This document shows, piece by piece, positions 17,639 to 26,418 of a stretch of 64,000 nucleotides of DNA (positions within the stretch are counted from its first letter, which is position 1; each line of letters opens with the position of its first letter). This stretch comes from Angustibacter luteus (GTDB lineage Bacteria; Actinomycetota; Actinomycetes; Actinomycetales; Angustibacteraceae). The stretch is taken from contig NZ_BAABFP010000004.1 of assembly GCF_039541115.1 (NCBI RefSeq), forward strand, positions 1-64,000, in the 5' to 3' direction. The position numbers and the translations under genes are program-made. Under the pieces are notes generated by a model. It was not told the origin of the DNA. It saw nothing but the letters and a program-made list of their open reading frames with translations, and did not search any database.

Positions 17639-18729
17639 GCGACCGCCACCCGATCGCGATCCGCGCGCGCGGCGAACACTCGCGCCAGGCACTGCTCAGC
17701 TGCCCGACGCGAAGGGCTGCGCAGGCGCGCACCCGGCAGGACACCGCGGGCCAGGTCGGCGTCCAGCCGCGGGTCGTCGGCCAGGACGGCAGCCAGTGGC
17801 AGACCGAGCGCGTCCGCCACCCGACGTCCGGTCCACCGCTCGTCCGGACGTCGCCGGGCCACCACGGTCACGCTCGACGCGCGAGGTCCCAGTGCCGCCA
17901 CGAGCTGCCGGGCGGCAACCACGGCCCGCAACCGCGTCGGCACCACGAGCAGCAGCTCGTCCGCCCGGTCGAGCGCGGCGTGCGCCACCGGATCCAGGGA
18001 TCGACCGACGTCGAGCACCACGAGCTCGTGGCCGCGTCCCGCGGCGTCCAGCACCGCGGTCGCCGCGGCCACGGGCAGGTCCATCGGGTCCCCGCGACCC
18101 GCCGCGAGCACCGCGAGGGAGCCCGCCCGCGGCAGCGACTCGTGCAGACTGCTGGCGGGCAGGCGACCTCGAGCCGAGGTCAGCTCCGGCCAGCGAAGCC
18201 CTGGGACGTCGTCCAGACCGAGCGCGAGGTCGAGCCCACCGCCGAGCTGGTCCAGGTCGACCAGGAGGGTGCGCCGACCGGAGTCCGCACCGGCAACCGC
18301 GAGCGCACCGGCGAGCAGCGACGCCCCCGCTCCGCCGCAACCGCCGAGGACGGCCAGCACGTGCGCCGTGGTCGCCGGTTCCACGGTCCGCGCCAGGCGC
18401 TCGAGCAGCCACTCACCAGCCAGCGGCAGCACCGCCACCTGGTCTGCGCCGAGCGCTACCGCGTGTCGCCAGGCGGCATCCGACTCGGCCCCCTCGGGCG
18501 CACCGGCGCGGGCGAACGCCACCACCACGACGTCCGCCCGCCTGGCCCCCCGCGAGCGGGCGAGCACCCCGGCCCGGTCGGCGCCGACGAGCAGCAGACC
18601 CGCGGGCCAGCGGCCGCGATCCGGGAGCTGGGACGCCACCTGCACGCGCACGCCGGCGGAGGCGGCGAGCCGCTGCACCTCCACGACGAGCACCTCGTCG
18701 CCGCTCAGCAACCACACGTCCTGGGCCAT
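17635..18729 (-). CDS. ssd: septum site-determining protein Ssd (CpaE/TadZ-like)
   Basis: VLAVLGGCGGAGAS, LLVDLDQLGGGLDLALG...GLRWPEL; GGAGG RBS before ATG 18729. Confidence 0.9.
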   Translation of the reverse strand: MAQDVWLLSGDEVLVVEVQRLAASAGVRVQVASQLPDRGRWPAGLLLVGADRAGVLARSRGARRADVVVVAFARAGAPEGAESDAAWRHAVALGADQVAVLPLAGEWLLERLARTVEPATTAHVLAVLGGCGGAGASLLAGALAVAGADSGRRTLLVDLDQLGGGLDLALGLDDVPGLRWPELTSARGRLPASSLHESLPRAGSLAVLAAGRGDPMDLPVAAATAVLDAAGRGHELVVLDVGRSLDPVAHAALDRADELLLVVPTRLRAVVAARQLVAALGPRASSVTVVARRRPDERWTGRRVADALGLPLAAVLADDPRLDADLARGVLPGARLRSPSRRAAEQCLARVFAARADRDRVAVA

Positions 18730-18803
18730 GCCGCCTCCAGCGTCTCGGGAACACCTCGACACTGGCGGCCCGACGGCGCGCACGGCGAGCGCCCGGACGG
18801 CAT

Positions 18804-18860
18804 CTGTGGACGGTGGGACGGGGAGCCCGAGCTGTGGACGGGAGCACAGACTGTGGACGG
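18804..18860. promoter_or_regulatory. three direct repeats CTGTGGACGG (DnaA-box-like)
   Basis: Identical 10-mers at 18804, 18832 and 18851. The reverse complement contains CCGTCCACA, which fits the Streptomyces-type box YYVTCCACA. Confidence 0.5.
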
Positions 18861-18869
18861 ACCAGACCG

Positions 18870-18950
18870 CAAAGAGGTGACGGCCCCCGTCGGGGGGACA
18901 ACGGGGACCGTCGGGCGCTCCGGCTCGGGGGGGATGAACCGGGAACGCCG
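18870..18950 (-). ncRNA. 6C RNA (B11/MTS2822-like)
   Basis: The minus strand forms two adjacent hairpins with C-rich loops: GGCGTTCCCGGTTC-ATCCCCCCC-GAGCCGGAGCGCC and GACGGTCCCCGTT-GTCCCCCC-GACGGGGGCCGTC. Position upstream of ssd is the known one. The 5' end is uncertain. Confidence 0.9.
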
Positions 18951-19114
18951 GCACGGTCCGAGGACCGGCGATCTCAGTGTGGACCCACCGCTCGCGGCGC
19001 GCAATTCCCAGTTACGTCCGCCCAGCACCGCAACAGCGCTACTGCCCCAGGTGTCTCGCGCATGTCCGAAAAGTCAAGGCTTCACTTGCCTGCGAGCCTG
19101 GGGTAGACAAGGAC

Positions 19115-19287
19115 ACGAGCCGCCGGGAGTCTCCGGCGACCAGCACGGCCCTCCCGGTACCCACGTGCGGGCAGTCCACTGATGGACCGGTCGTGGCGGG
19201 CTTGTCCCACTGCGCCAACGCACAGCACGCTTGGTAGCCGGTGACCGTGCACGACGGCGCCCCGCCCCGCGAGGCGCCGTCACCTTG
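19115..19287 (+). ncRNA. Ms1/MTS2823/scr3559-like RNA-polymerase-binding RNA (compact)
   Basis: GTACCCACG (19157) and GCACGCTTGGTAGCCGG (19225) match blocks I recall from Ms1 homologues. Putative promoter TTCACT-17 bp-TAGACA (19081-19109); 3' hairpin GACGGCGCC/GGCGCCGTC (19253-19281); lies between ssd and the Fic-like gene. Ends are approximate. Confidence 0.75.
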
Positions 19288-19362
19288 TCCGGTGCCGACG
19301 GCCCCCGGGACCCACCCGAAACGGCCTGACCAAAGTGCCCGCGCAGGGCGGACACTGTGAGC

Positions 19363-20382
19363 GTGGGCTACGAGGTTCTCGACGCCGAGGGCGGCCAGGT
19401 CGACCTGCCGCGCGCCGACCTGCCACCCACCGAGCTGGGCCCAGCCCCGCCGGACGGCACCCCAGCCCCGCCGGACGGCTCTCCGGCACGCCGCCCACGC
19501 CCCCGGCGTCCCGAGGTGACGGCGACGACCTCGCTGGCGGTCCTGCTCGGCGGGTCCTTGCTGGTCGGCGCGATCGCCGGTGGTCTGTGGGCGAGCCGGC
19601 ACGCGGGCCTGAACGAGCAGGCGGCCCAGGCTTCCCAGCTGTCCGTGGTCGCCATCGTCACGAACGTCGACGCAGTGCGCGCGGAACGGGTCGCGGACTT
19701 CACGGTCAAGGTGGTGAACGCCGGTCCCCGACCGCTCGACCTGGTCACGTCCGGACCCGCGGAGCGCCCCCGCGACGGTCACCAGGTCGTGCAGTCCCTC
19801 GGCGGTGCGGTCACCGTGCCGGCCGGGGGGTCGTTGAGCGCGAACATCCGACTGCGTGTCGACTGCGCGTCGAAGACCGACCCGCGCTCGCTCCTCCGGG
19901 TGCCGTTGCGCACGTCGGACGGCACGGTCCACCAGGTCGCGGTGGCCGACCAGGACGTGCTGGACAGCGGCTACCCGGTCGACTCCCCCTGCGCCAGCCC
20001 GGACGACCCGGTCCTGCAGGCCCACCTCACCGGCTCGGTCAGCCGCCCGCAGCTCACCCTGCACAACAACGCCGACTCCGACGTGAGCGTCACCTTGGAC
20101 ACCGAGCACTCGCCGTTCGTGGCCCAGACCACGAACTTCTCGGTGCTCCGGCTGTCCCCAGCCCTCCCGCAGGTCCTGGGACCGAAGCAGACCCTCACCC
20201 TGACCCTGTCCCTGACGCCGTGGTCGTGCCCGCGGAGCCTGAGCGAGGTGGTCGACACCCAGCTCTCGCCGTACGTCGTGCTGCGGGCGGGCACGCCGGA
20301 TGCCCCCGCCCTGCTCCAGGAGCCCGTCGGCCTCGACCTGAGCACCGTCTGGGGGGCGGCCCTGGCCCGCGAGTGCACCTGA
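19363..20382 (+). CDS. single-pass membrane protein, paralog 1 of 3 (two Cys-paired beta-rich domains)
   Basis: Starts (M)GYEVL; Pro-rich linker; one TM; VKVVNAGPRP, RVDC, RPQLTLHN, PALP, C-terminal GAALAREC. Confidence 0.85.
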   Translation: MGYEVLDAEGGQVDLPRADLPPTELGPAPPDGTPAPPDGSPARRPRPRRPEVTATTSLAVLLGGSLLVGAIAGGLWASRHAGLNEQAAQASQLSVVAIVTNVDAVRAERVADFTVKVVNAGPRPLDLVTSGPAERPRDGHQVVQSLGGAVTVPAGGSLSANIRLRVDCASKTDPRSLLRVPLRTSDGTVHQVAVADQDVLDSGYPVDSPCASPDDPVLQAHLTGSVSRPQLTLHNNADSDVSVTLDTEHSPFVAQTTNFSVLRLSPALPQVLGPKQTLTLTLSLTPWSCPRSLSEVVDTQLSPYVVLRAGTPDAPALLQEPVGLDLSTVWGAALARECT

Positions 20383-20422
20383 ACCGGCGCACCTGCGGGG
20401 TGGCATGCCCCATGATGACGGG

Positions 20423-21493
20423 GTGGGATTCGAGGTGCTGGACGTCGGCGGGCGGCCGAGCGAGTCGCCGGACGTGCTGCCGACCGGACGGGCCGACCGG
20501 ATCCAGCCGCTCGAGCTGGAACCGCGCCCGCCGGAACCGCTCGCGCTCGACCCGCTCGACCCGCACGACCCGCACGACCCGCACGACCCGCAGGACCCGC
20601 ACGACCCGGTGCCGGCCCCGGCAGCCCGGCGCCACCCCCGGCTCCCCGCCGGCACGTGGTGGAAGGTAGCCGCAGCCGGAGTCGTCGGCATCGCGATCGG
20701 CGCAGTGGCGACCCAGCACCACGCGACCGACGTGGCGCAGGCCCGCGAGGCCCGCCGGGTCATCGCCCAGGCCCAGTTCAGCGACGTCACCCCGAACCGG
20801 ACCGACCGGGGCACCGTGGCGGAGGTCCGGGTCCGGGTGACCAACCTGGGCTCCCGCCCGTTCGACGTCGTGGTCGCCACCTCGGGCGGCGCGCCCACGG
20901 CGCAGGAAGCGGCGCAGTTCCGGACGGTGTCCGGCACCGCGACGGTCCAGCCCAACCAGGTGGAGAGCTTCTCCACCGCGGTGCTGCTGGACTGCCAGTC
21001 CAGCGCGCCGATCAGCCTGTCCCTGCCGGTCCGCTCGGCTGCCGGCACGACCAGCCGACTTCCCGTGCAGCCCGCCGGCGACTCGGGACCGCTGAGCGGT
21101 CTCGAGCTCTGCCCGTTCTACGGGCCGGACGCGGGCTTCCAGGCCACCATCGGCGGCACGCTGAGCAGACCTACCATGCGCCTGTCGAACGACACTGCGG
21201 AACCGATCACGGTCACCCTGGACTCGGGATCCCCGCTCACCGAGGCGACCAGCCAGCGACTCTCCCTCACGACGGTCCCGGCGCTGCCGCTGAAGGTGCC
21301 CGGGCACAGCAACCGGACGGTGCGCCTGCAGCTGCGTGCGCACGGCTGCCTGGCGGGCGCGGACGCGACCACGATGGACGGCATAAGCTACCTCCAGCTG
21401 CGCGCGGACGACGTGCGGGGGAATGAGGTCGGTGCCAGCGGGGTGGACGTCGGCGCCCTGGTCGGCCTGGCCATGGCCCGGTCCTGCTCGTAG
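20423..21493 (+). CDS. single-pass membrane protein, paralog 2 of 3
   Basis: Starts (M)GFEVL; DPH repeats; one TM; VRVTNLGSRP, LLDC, RPTMRLSN, PALP, GLAMARSC. Confidence 0.85.
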   Translation: MGFEVLDVGGRPSESPDVLPTGRADRIQPLELEPRPPEPLALDPLDPHDPHDPHDPQDPHDPVPAPAARRHPRLPAGTWWKVAAAGVVGIAIGAVATQHHATDVAQAREARRVIAQAQFSDVTPNRTDRGTVAEVRVRVTNLGSRPFDVVVATSGGAPTAQEAAQFRTVSGTATVQPNQVESFSTAVLLDCQSSAPISLSLPVRSAAGTTSRLPVQPAGDSGPLSGLELCPFYGPDAGFQATIGGTLSRPTMRLSNDTAEPITVTLDSGSPLTEATSQRLSLTTVPALPLKVPGHSNRTVRLQLRAHGCLAGADATTMDGISYLQLRADDVRGNEVGASGVDVGALVGLAMARSCS

Positions 21494-21529
21494 GGATCGG
21501 CGACGAGGTCCGAGCGCCATAATGCGCGC

Positions 21530-22591
21530 ATGGGCTACGAGGTGCTCGGCTCGGACGGCGGCAACCTGGGCTTGCCGACTGCCGACGTCCCGGCGTCCGA
21601 CGTCATCGCCCTCGACGACCTGCCGACCCCCGAACCCGAAGCCCCGACCCAGCGGCCGCCGCGACGGCTTCCCCTACCGCTGCAACGGGTCCGGGACCGG
21701 GCGGCCCCCCGGGTGTCGGCCAGCCTGGCGGCGCACGCGACCCGGACGACGGCCGTGCTGGCCGGTGGCACCGCCGCGGTCGGCCTGGTGCTGGGGCTGG
21801 TCTGGTCCGGCCACCACGGCGACCAGGTGCGGGAGGCCCAGGCCCGCTCCACGGTCAACGCGCTGGCCAGCTTCCAGTCCGTGAATCGGATCCGCACCGG
21901 GCAGGGACCGGCGATCGAGCTGGCCGTGGACGTGTTCAACGTCGGCGCACTCCCCATCGCCCTGGTGACCTCCCCGGCCCAGACCCGGCTGTCCTACGAC
22001 ACCCCCGTCGTCACGTCGCTGTCCGGGGCGCAGGAGATCGCCCCAGGGACGTCGACCCCGGTGACCGCGCGGCTGCTCCTGGCGTGCGACTCCCGGACCC
22101 CGATCGAGCTGGCCGTGCCCGTGCGGGCGCCCGACGGTGAAGTGCACCGGCTGCCGATGCAGTCGTCGCAGTGGCAGTCCGCCAGCCTGTTCCCCGCCGA
22201 CCTGTGCAACCAGAGCGACGACGCGCGCCAGCCGCTCGAGGCGAACGTGGCCGGCACGCTGCTGCGTCCGACGCTGGAGCTGCGCAACTGGACCGCCGAT
22301 CCCATGACGGTGACCTGGGGGTCCGGTGGGCAGCCCGGTCTGGCGCAGTTCCTCGAGAAGGTGGACCTGCGGCTGACGCCGGCCCTGCCGCTGACCCTGC
22401 GACCGAACGAGCAGCGGACCCTGCGGCTCAGCGTGACCGCGCACGGCTGCCCGCAGGGCGTCTCGCTCGACGACCTGAACGGCTACAGCAACCTGATGCT
22501 GCACGGCTCCGGCGGGTCGGGGCAGGTGGGCGAGGCGTGGGTCCAGGTCACCGCCGTGCTCGGCGCCGCGATGCAGCGCGCCTGCGACTGA
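21530..22591 (+). CDS. single-pass membrane protein, paralog 3 of 3
   Basis: Starts MGYEVL; one TM; VDVFNVGALP, LLAC, RPTLELRN, PALP, GAAMQRAC. Confidence 0.85.
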   Translation: MGYEVLGSDGGNLGLPTADVPASDVIALDDLPTPEPEAPTQRPPRRLPLPLQRVRDRAAPRVSASLAAHATRTTAVLAGGTAAVGLVLGLVWSGHHGDQVREAQARSTVNALASFQSVNRIRTGQGPAIELAVDVFNVGALPIALVTSPAQTRLSYDTPVVTSLSGAQEIAPGTSTPVTARLLLACDSRTPIELAVPVRAPDGEVHRLPMQSSQWQSASLFPADLCNQSDDARQPLEANVAGTLLRPTLELRNWTADPMTVTWGSGGQPGLAQFLEKVDLRLTPALPLTLRPNEQRTLRLSVTAHGCPQGVSLDDLNGYSNLMLHGSGGSGQVGEAWVQVTAVLGAAMQRACD

Positions 22592-22595
22592 CCGC

Positions 22596-23429
22596 TCAGG
22601 TCAGCCGCCCGGCCAGCACCGCGTCGGCCACCTCGACCCCGTAGCCGGCTCCGCGACGCACCGCGTCCGCGCAGCCGACCAGCCACTGCGCCACCCCGTC
22701 CGGCGTCCCGCTGGCGTAGCCCCGCAAGGCACTGACGTACGGCGGGAGCCCGGACGCCGCGAGCGCGCTCTCGGGGATCGCGACCCCGGTGGGGTCCAGG
22801 CCACGTTGCACGACCACGGCCCGGAACACCGCGCGGGCGACGACCCCGTTACCGGCGACGAACGGCCGGATCGTCAGCAGCTCGCCGTGCGCGATCGCGG
22901 CCACCAGCAACGCGGGGACCTCGCCGGGGGCGGACAGCACCGCCGACACCCCGCTCAGCCGGTCCGCGAGCTCGGTCCCGCGTGGGGCGGCGCCCGGGCC
23001 GGGCAGGTCGAGCGGCTGCTCCGCCCCCTGGCGCGGACGCCCCAGCGCCTCGTCCGGCACCAGGCCGGCGGCCGCCGCGGTGTGCAGTCGCGCGAGGGCC
23101 TGCAGCGGGGCGGAGCGGACGACGTCCCCGGTGCTCTGCGCGAGGTCGACGGCGCGGACGGCGCCGGCAACCGTGCGGCCGACCGCGTCGTCCGGGGCCG
23201 GCCGGGCCCCGCGCAGCACGTCGCGCACCAGGTCGACGGGCAGCTCCGCGCCGTCCAGGGCTGCGCTCGCCCGGGCCGCGCGGGCCGTGGTCTCGGCGCG
23301 GGCCTCGGCCGTGCGCCGGCGCAGCGCCTGGTGCCAGCGCAGCTCGGTGCACGCCTGCCGGGCGGCGTCCACCGCGGCCGCGACCCCGGGCAGGTCAGCG
23401 AGCCGGCGCAGGGCGGTGGCGTCGTCCAC
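22596..23429 (-). CDS. Fic-like protein with degenerate motif (Rv3662c-like)
   Basis: LADLPGVAAAV...SAALDG...AHGELLTIRPFVAGNGVVARA...GLDPTG; conserved position near ssd. Confidence 0.85.
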   Translation of the reverse strand: MDDATALRRLADLPGVAAAVDAARQACTELRWHQALRRRTAEARAETTARAARASAALDGAELPVDLVRDVLRGARPAPDDAVGRTVAGAVRAVDLAQSTGDVVRSAPLQALARLHTAAAAGLVPDEALGRPRQGAEQPLDLPGPGAAPRGTELADRLSGVSAVLSAPGEVPALLVAAIAHGELLTIRPFVAGNGVVARAVFRAVVVQRGLDPTGVAIPESALAASGLPPYVSALRGYASGTPDGVAQWLVGCADAVRRGAGYGVEVADAVLAGRLT

Positions 23430-23472
23430 GATCCGCGACCCTACGCGGCGGGTGGCCACTAGCCTCACGTCG

Positions 23473-24732
23473 GTGCACCCACTCGCGCTCGCCAGCCGGC
23501 TCGCCACCCCGGCCGCCGCCGACTCCGGCGGCACCAACGTGGTGCCGGTCGTGGTGGTGACGCTCGTGGCCGCGCTGGTCGTGGCGCTCACCGCCCGGGT
23601 GGTGCGCCGGCGGCGGGACTTCGGCTCCTCAGCCGATCGCGCCACCTTCGAGACCCTGCACACCGCGTCGCTGGCGGCGCCCAGCCTGCGCGACGGGCTG
23701 ACCGCCTCCGGGGCGGAGCGCGCCGTCAAGCACCTGCGGACCCTGCTCGGCACCCCGGCCGTGGCGTTGGTCGACGCCGCCGGGCACTGCCTGGCCTGGG
23801 ACGGCGCCGGCGGCCGGCACGCCGCGGACGTCGGCCGGCACGCCGGCGGGGTGCTGACCGGTGGTCAGCCCGCGGTGGCCAGCGGCCCGGCGGTCGGCCA
23901 GGGCGAGGAGGCGCGCTGCGACGACCCGGACTGCCCCGTGCGGACGGCGGTGGTGGCCCCGATCGTCAGCGGCGACACCGTGGTCGGGGCGCTGCTGGCC
24001 TACGGCGGCCAGACCTCCGCGGGACTGGTGCGGGCGACGTCCGAGGTGGCGCGGTACGTGTCCTCGCAGGTCGCCCTCGCCGAGGTGGACCGCGAGCGCA
24101 CCCGCGCGATGGAGGCCGAGTTGCGGGCGCTGCGCGCCCAGATCAGCCCGCACTTCGTCTACAACTCGTTGGCCGCGATCGCGTCGTTCGTGCGCACCGA
24201 CCCCGAGCAGGCACGCGAGCTCCTGCTGGAGTTCGCCGACTTCACCCGGTACGCGTTCCGGCGGGGCGGGGAGTTCACCACGCTCGCCGACGAGCTGTCG
24301 AACGTCGAGCGGTACCTGCGGCTGGAGCAGGCGCGCTTCGGCGAGCGCCTGCAGATCTCGCTGCTCGTCGCGCCCGAGGTGCTGTCCGTCGCCGTGCCGT
24401 ACCTGGTGCTGCAACCGTTGGTGGAGAACGCCGTCCGGCACGGGCTGGCCGACCGGACCGGCCCGGGGCACATCGTGATCACCGCGGAGGACGGCGGGTC
24501 CGAGGCGCTGCTGTCGGTGGAGGACGACGGCGCCGGCTCCGACCCCGAGGTGGTGCGGGCGGTGCTGTCCGGCGAGTCGTCCGCGGACTCGGTCGGGCTC
24601 GGCAACGTGGACGCCCGGCTGCGGCAGGTCTTCGGCGACGGCTACGGCCTGGTCGTGGAGACCGCGCCGGGCGCCGGGACCCGGGTGAGCCTGCGGGTGC
24701 CGAAGTACGCGCCGGGCGTCGCCGCCCGCTGA
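23473..24732 (+). CDS. LytS/YehU-family sensor histidine kinase
   Basis: ELRALRAQISPHFVYNSL, LQPLVENAVRHG, EDDGAG, VGLGNV; N-terminal TM. TAGCCT just upstream of GTG 23473 suggests a leaderless start. Confidence 0.92.
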   Translation: MHPLALASRLATPAAADSGGTNVVPVVVVTLVAALVVALTARVVRRRRDFGSSADRATFETLHTASLAAPSLRDGLTASGAERAVKHLRTLLGTPAVALVDAAGHCLAWDGAGGRHAADVGRHAGGVLTGGQPAVASGPAVGQGEEARCDDPDCPVRTAVVAPIVSGDTVVGALLAYGGQTSAGLVRATSEVARYVSSQVALAEVDRERTRAMEAELRALRAQISPHFVYNSLAAIASFVRTDPEQARELLLEFADFTRYAFRRGGEFTTLADELSNVERYLRLEQARFGERLQISLLVAPEVLSVAVPYLVLQPLVENAVRHGLADRTGPGHIVITAEDGGSEALLSVEDDGAGSDPEVVRAVLSGESSADSVGLGNVDARLRQVFGDGYGLVVETAPGAGTRVSLRVPKYAPGVAAR

Positions 24733-24792
24733 ATCCCGGTTGCCGGTGATTTCCGGTTGCCCCGTGGCCGGTGCCCGTGATGCGCTCGAGTC

Positions 24793-25284
24793 ATGGACCC
24801 GATGACCTTCGAGGCGATGCGTGCTGCCTTCGTGAACTGCTCGCGGAGCCAGCTCAAGGCGCTGCCGCCCCCACCGGGCCTCGCGGACCTGGACTGGCCG
24901 AACCTCGACTACCTGGGCTGGCGCGACCCGAAGGCGCCGCGGCGCGCGTACCTGGTGGCACCGCACGGCGCGGACGTCGTCGGGCTGGCGCTGCGCGCAC
25001 CGCAGGGCTCGGGTCGACGCAAGGGCTCGGCGATGTGTGCGTTGTGCGCGTCGGTCCGGACGACGTCCGAGGTGGATCTGTTCGTCGCGCCCCGGGCCGG
25101 CAGTGCGGGCCGGGCCCACAACACCGTCGGCACCTACATCTGCACGGACCTCGCCTGCTCGCTGTACGTGCGCGGGTTGCGTGAGCTCGACCTGCCGCAG
25201 GGCGAGCGCCTGCCCGTGCCGGCCCGCGTCGCGCGCCTCACCGAGCGACTCGCCGCCTTCGTGGCCCGCGCCGTCCAGAACTGA
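24793..25284 (+). CDS. FBP C-terminal (FusB-like) zinc-binding domain protein
   Basis: FVNCSRS, LDYLGWRDP, MCALC, GTYICTDLACSLYVRG. Confidence 0.85.
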   Translation: MDPMTFEAMRAAFVNCSRSQLKALPPPPGLADLDWPNLDYLGWRDPKAPRRAYLVAPHGADVVGLALRAPQGSGRRKGSAMCALCASVRTTSEVDLFVAPRAGSAGRAHNTVGTYICTDLACSLYVRGLRELDLPQGERLPVPARVARLTERLAAFVARAVQN

Positions 25285-25294
25285 CCCCGCGCGC

Positions 25295-25357
25295 CGCAGA
25301 TATCCCGCTTTCCGGGCTCATGAGGCGCGAATGGGCCCGGAAAGCGGGACATCTGCG
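25295..25357. terminator. long inverted repeat between convergent genes (bidirectional terminator or REP-like)
   Basis: CGCAGATATCCCGCTTTCCGGGCTCAT / ATGGGCCCGGAAAGCGGGACATCTGCG, 27-bp arms. Confidence 0.75.
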
Positions 25358-25392
25358 TCCAGAGTCCTGCGGGGTGGGGTTATGGGCGGGGG

Positions 25393-26418
25393 TCAGGGGC
25401 GGGGGGCGAGGGCGAAGGCCTCGGCGAGCAGCTCGAAGGACCGCTGGCGCTCGACGGGGTCGTGCACGTTCGTGGTGACGATGAGCTCGTCGGCGCCGGC
25501 GTGCCGGGCGCGCTCGAGCAGACCCTCGCGGACGGCGTCCGGCGTGCCGGTCGTGACGAACCGGCGGGCCTGGGCGGCGATGTCCAGCTCGATGCTCGTC
25601 CAAGTGTGCGCGGCGGCCTCGTCGGGGCTGGGCAGCGGGCCGGGCTGGTTGGTCCGCAGGCGGGCGATCGACAGGTCGTTCGCCCGGGCCAGCTGGTCGG
25701 CCCGCTCCTGCGTGTCCGCGACGATGGCCGAGACGGCCAGGATCACCCGCGACTCGGACGGCGCCCCCGGCCGCCCCGAGGGACGGAACGACGCCCGGTA
25801 GCCGTCCACCGCCTCGGCCGGGTCGACGCTGCCGAAGTGCCCGGCGAAGGCGAACCCGGTGCCGAACGCCCCCGCCGCCTGCCCGCCGTACAGGCTGGAC
25901 CCCAGGATCCAGACGGGCGGCAGCGGGACGTCGTCCGGCATGGCCCGGATCGCCGCGAACGGGTGCGACGGCTCGAAGCCGTCGACGTACGCGATCAGCT
26001 CGGCGTACTGCTGCGGGAAGTCGTCGGCACTCAGGGCCTCGTGACTGCGGCGCAACGCGTAGGCGGTGAGCTGGTCCGTGCCGGGGGCGCGTCCGATGCC
26101 CAGGTCGATCCGCCCCGGGTGCAGGCCCTCGAGCACCCGGAACGTCTCGGCCACCGTCAGCGGCGAGTGGTTCGGCAGCATGACGCCGCCGGAGCCGACC
26201 CGGATCCTGGACGTCGCCGCCGCCACCGCGCCGATCAGCACGGACGGCGTCGACGAGCTGACGCTGGGCAGCGAGTGGTGCTCGGCCAGCCAGAACCGCT
26301 CGTAGCCGAACCGCTCCGTGGCCCGGGCCAGCTCGATGGTGCGGTGCAGAGCCTGCGACGGCAGGGTGCCCGACGGCACCGGGGACAGGTCCAGGACGGA
26401 CAGGGGGAGGGTGCTCAC
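25393..26418 (-). CDS. LLM-class flavin-dependent oxidoreductase
   Basis: LSVLDLSPV, RFWLAEHH, RVGSGGVMLPNHSPL, GRIDLGIGRAPG; GTG start overlaps the stop of the synthetase gene. Confidence 0.92.
   Translation of the reverse strand: MSTLPLSVLDLSPVPSGTLPSQALHRTIELARATERFGYERFWLAEHHSLPSVSSSTPSVLIGAVAAATSRIRVGSGGVMLPNHSPLTVAETFRVLEGLHPGRIDLGIGRAPGTDQLTAYALRRSHEALSADDFPQQYAELIAYVDGFEPSHPFAAIRAMPDDVPLPPVWILGSSLYGGQAAGAFGTGFAFAGHFGSVDPAEAVDGYRASFRPSGRPGAPSESRVILAVSAIVADTQERADQLARANDLSIARLRTNQPGPLPSPDEAAAHTWTSIELDIAAQARRFVTTGTPDAVREGLLERARHAGADELIVTTNVHDPVERQRSFELLAEAFALAPRP

Noticed and set aside
18804..18860. Spaced direct repeats as a mini-CRISPR
   Set aside because: Repeats are only 10 bp, spacers are 18 and 9 bp, and there are no cas genes.
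20545..20608. 9-bp DPH repeats (and PTP repeats at about 7513-7546)
   Set aside because: In-frame low-complexity linker expansions with no sign of separate function.
22596..23429. Fic protein as an active AMPylating toxin
   Set aside because: The motif is RPFVAGNGVVAR, lacking the catalytic His; it is a conserved backbone gene with no antitoxin visible.
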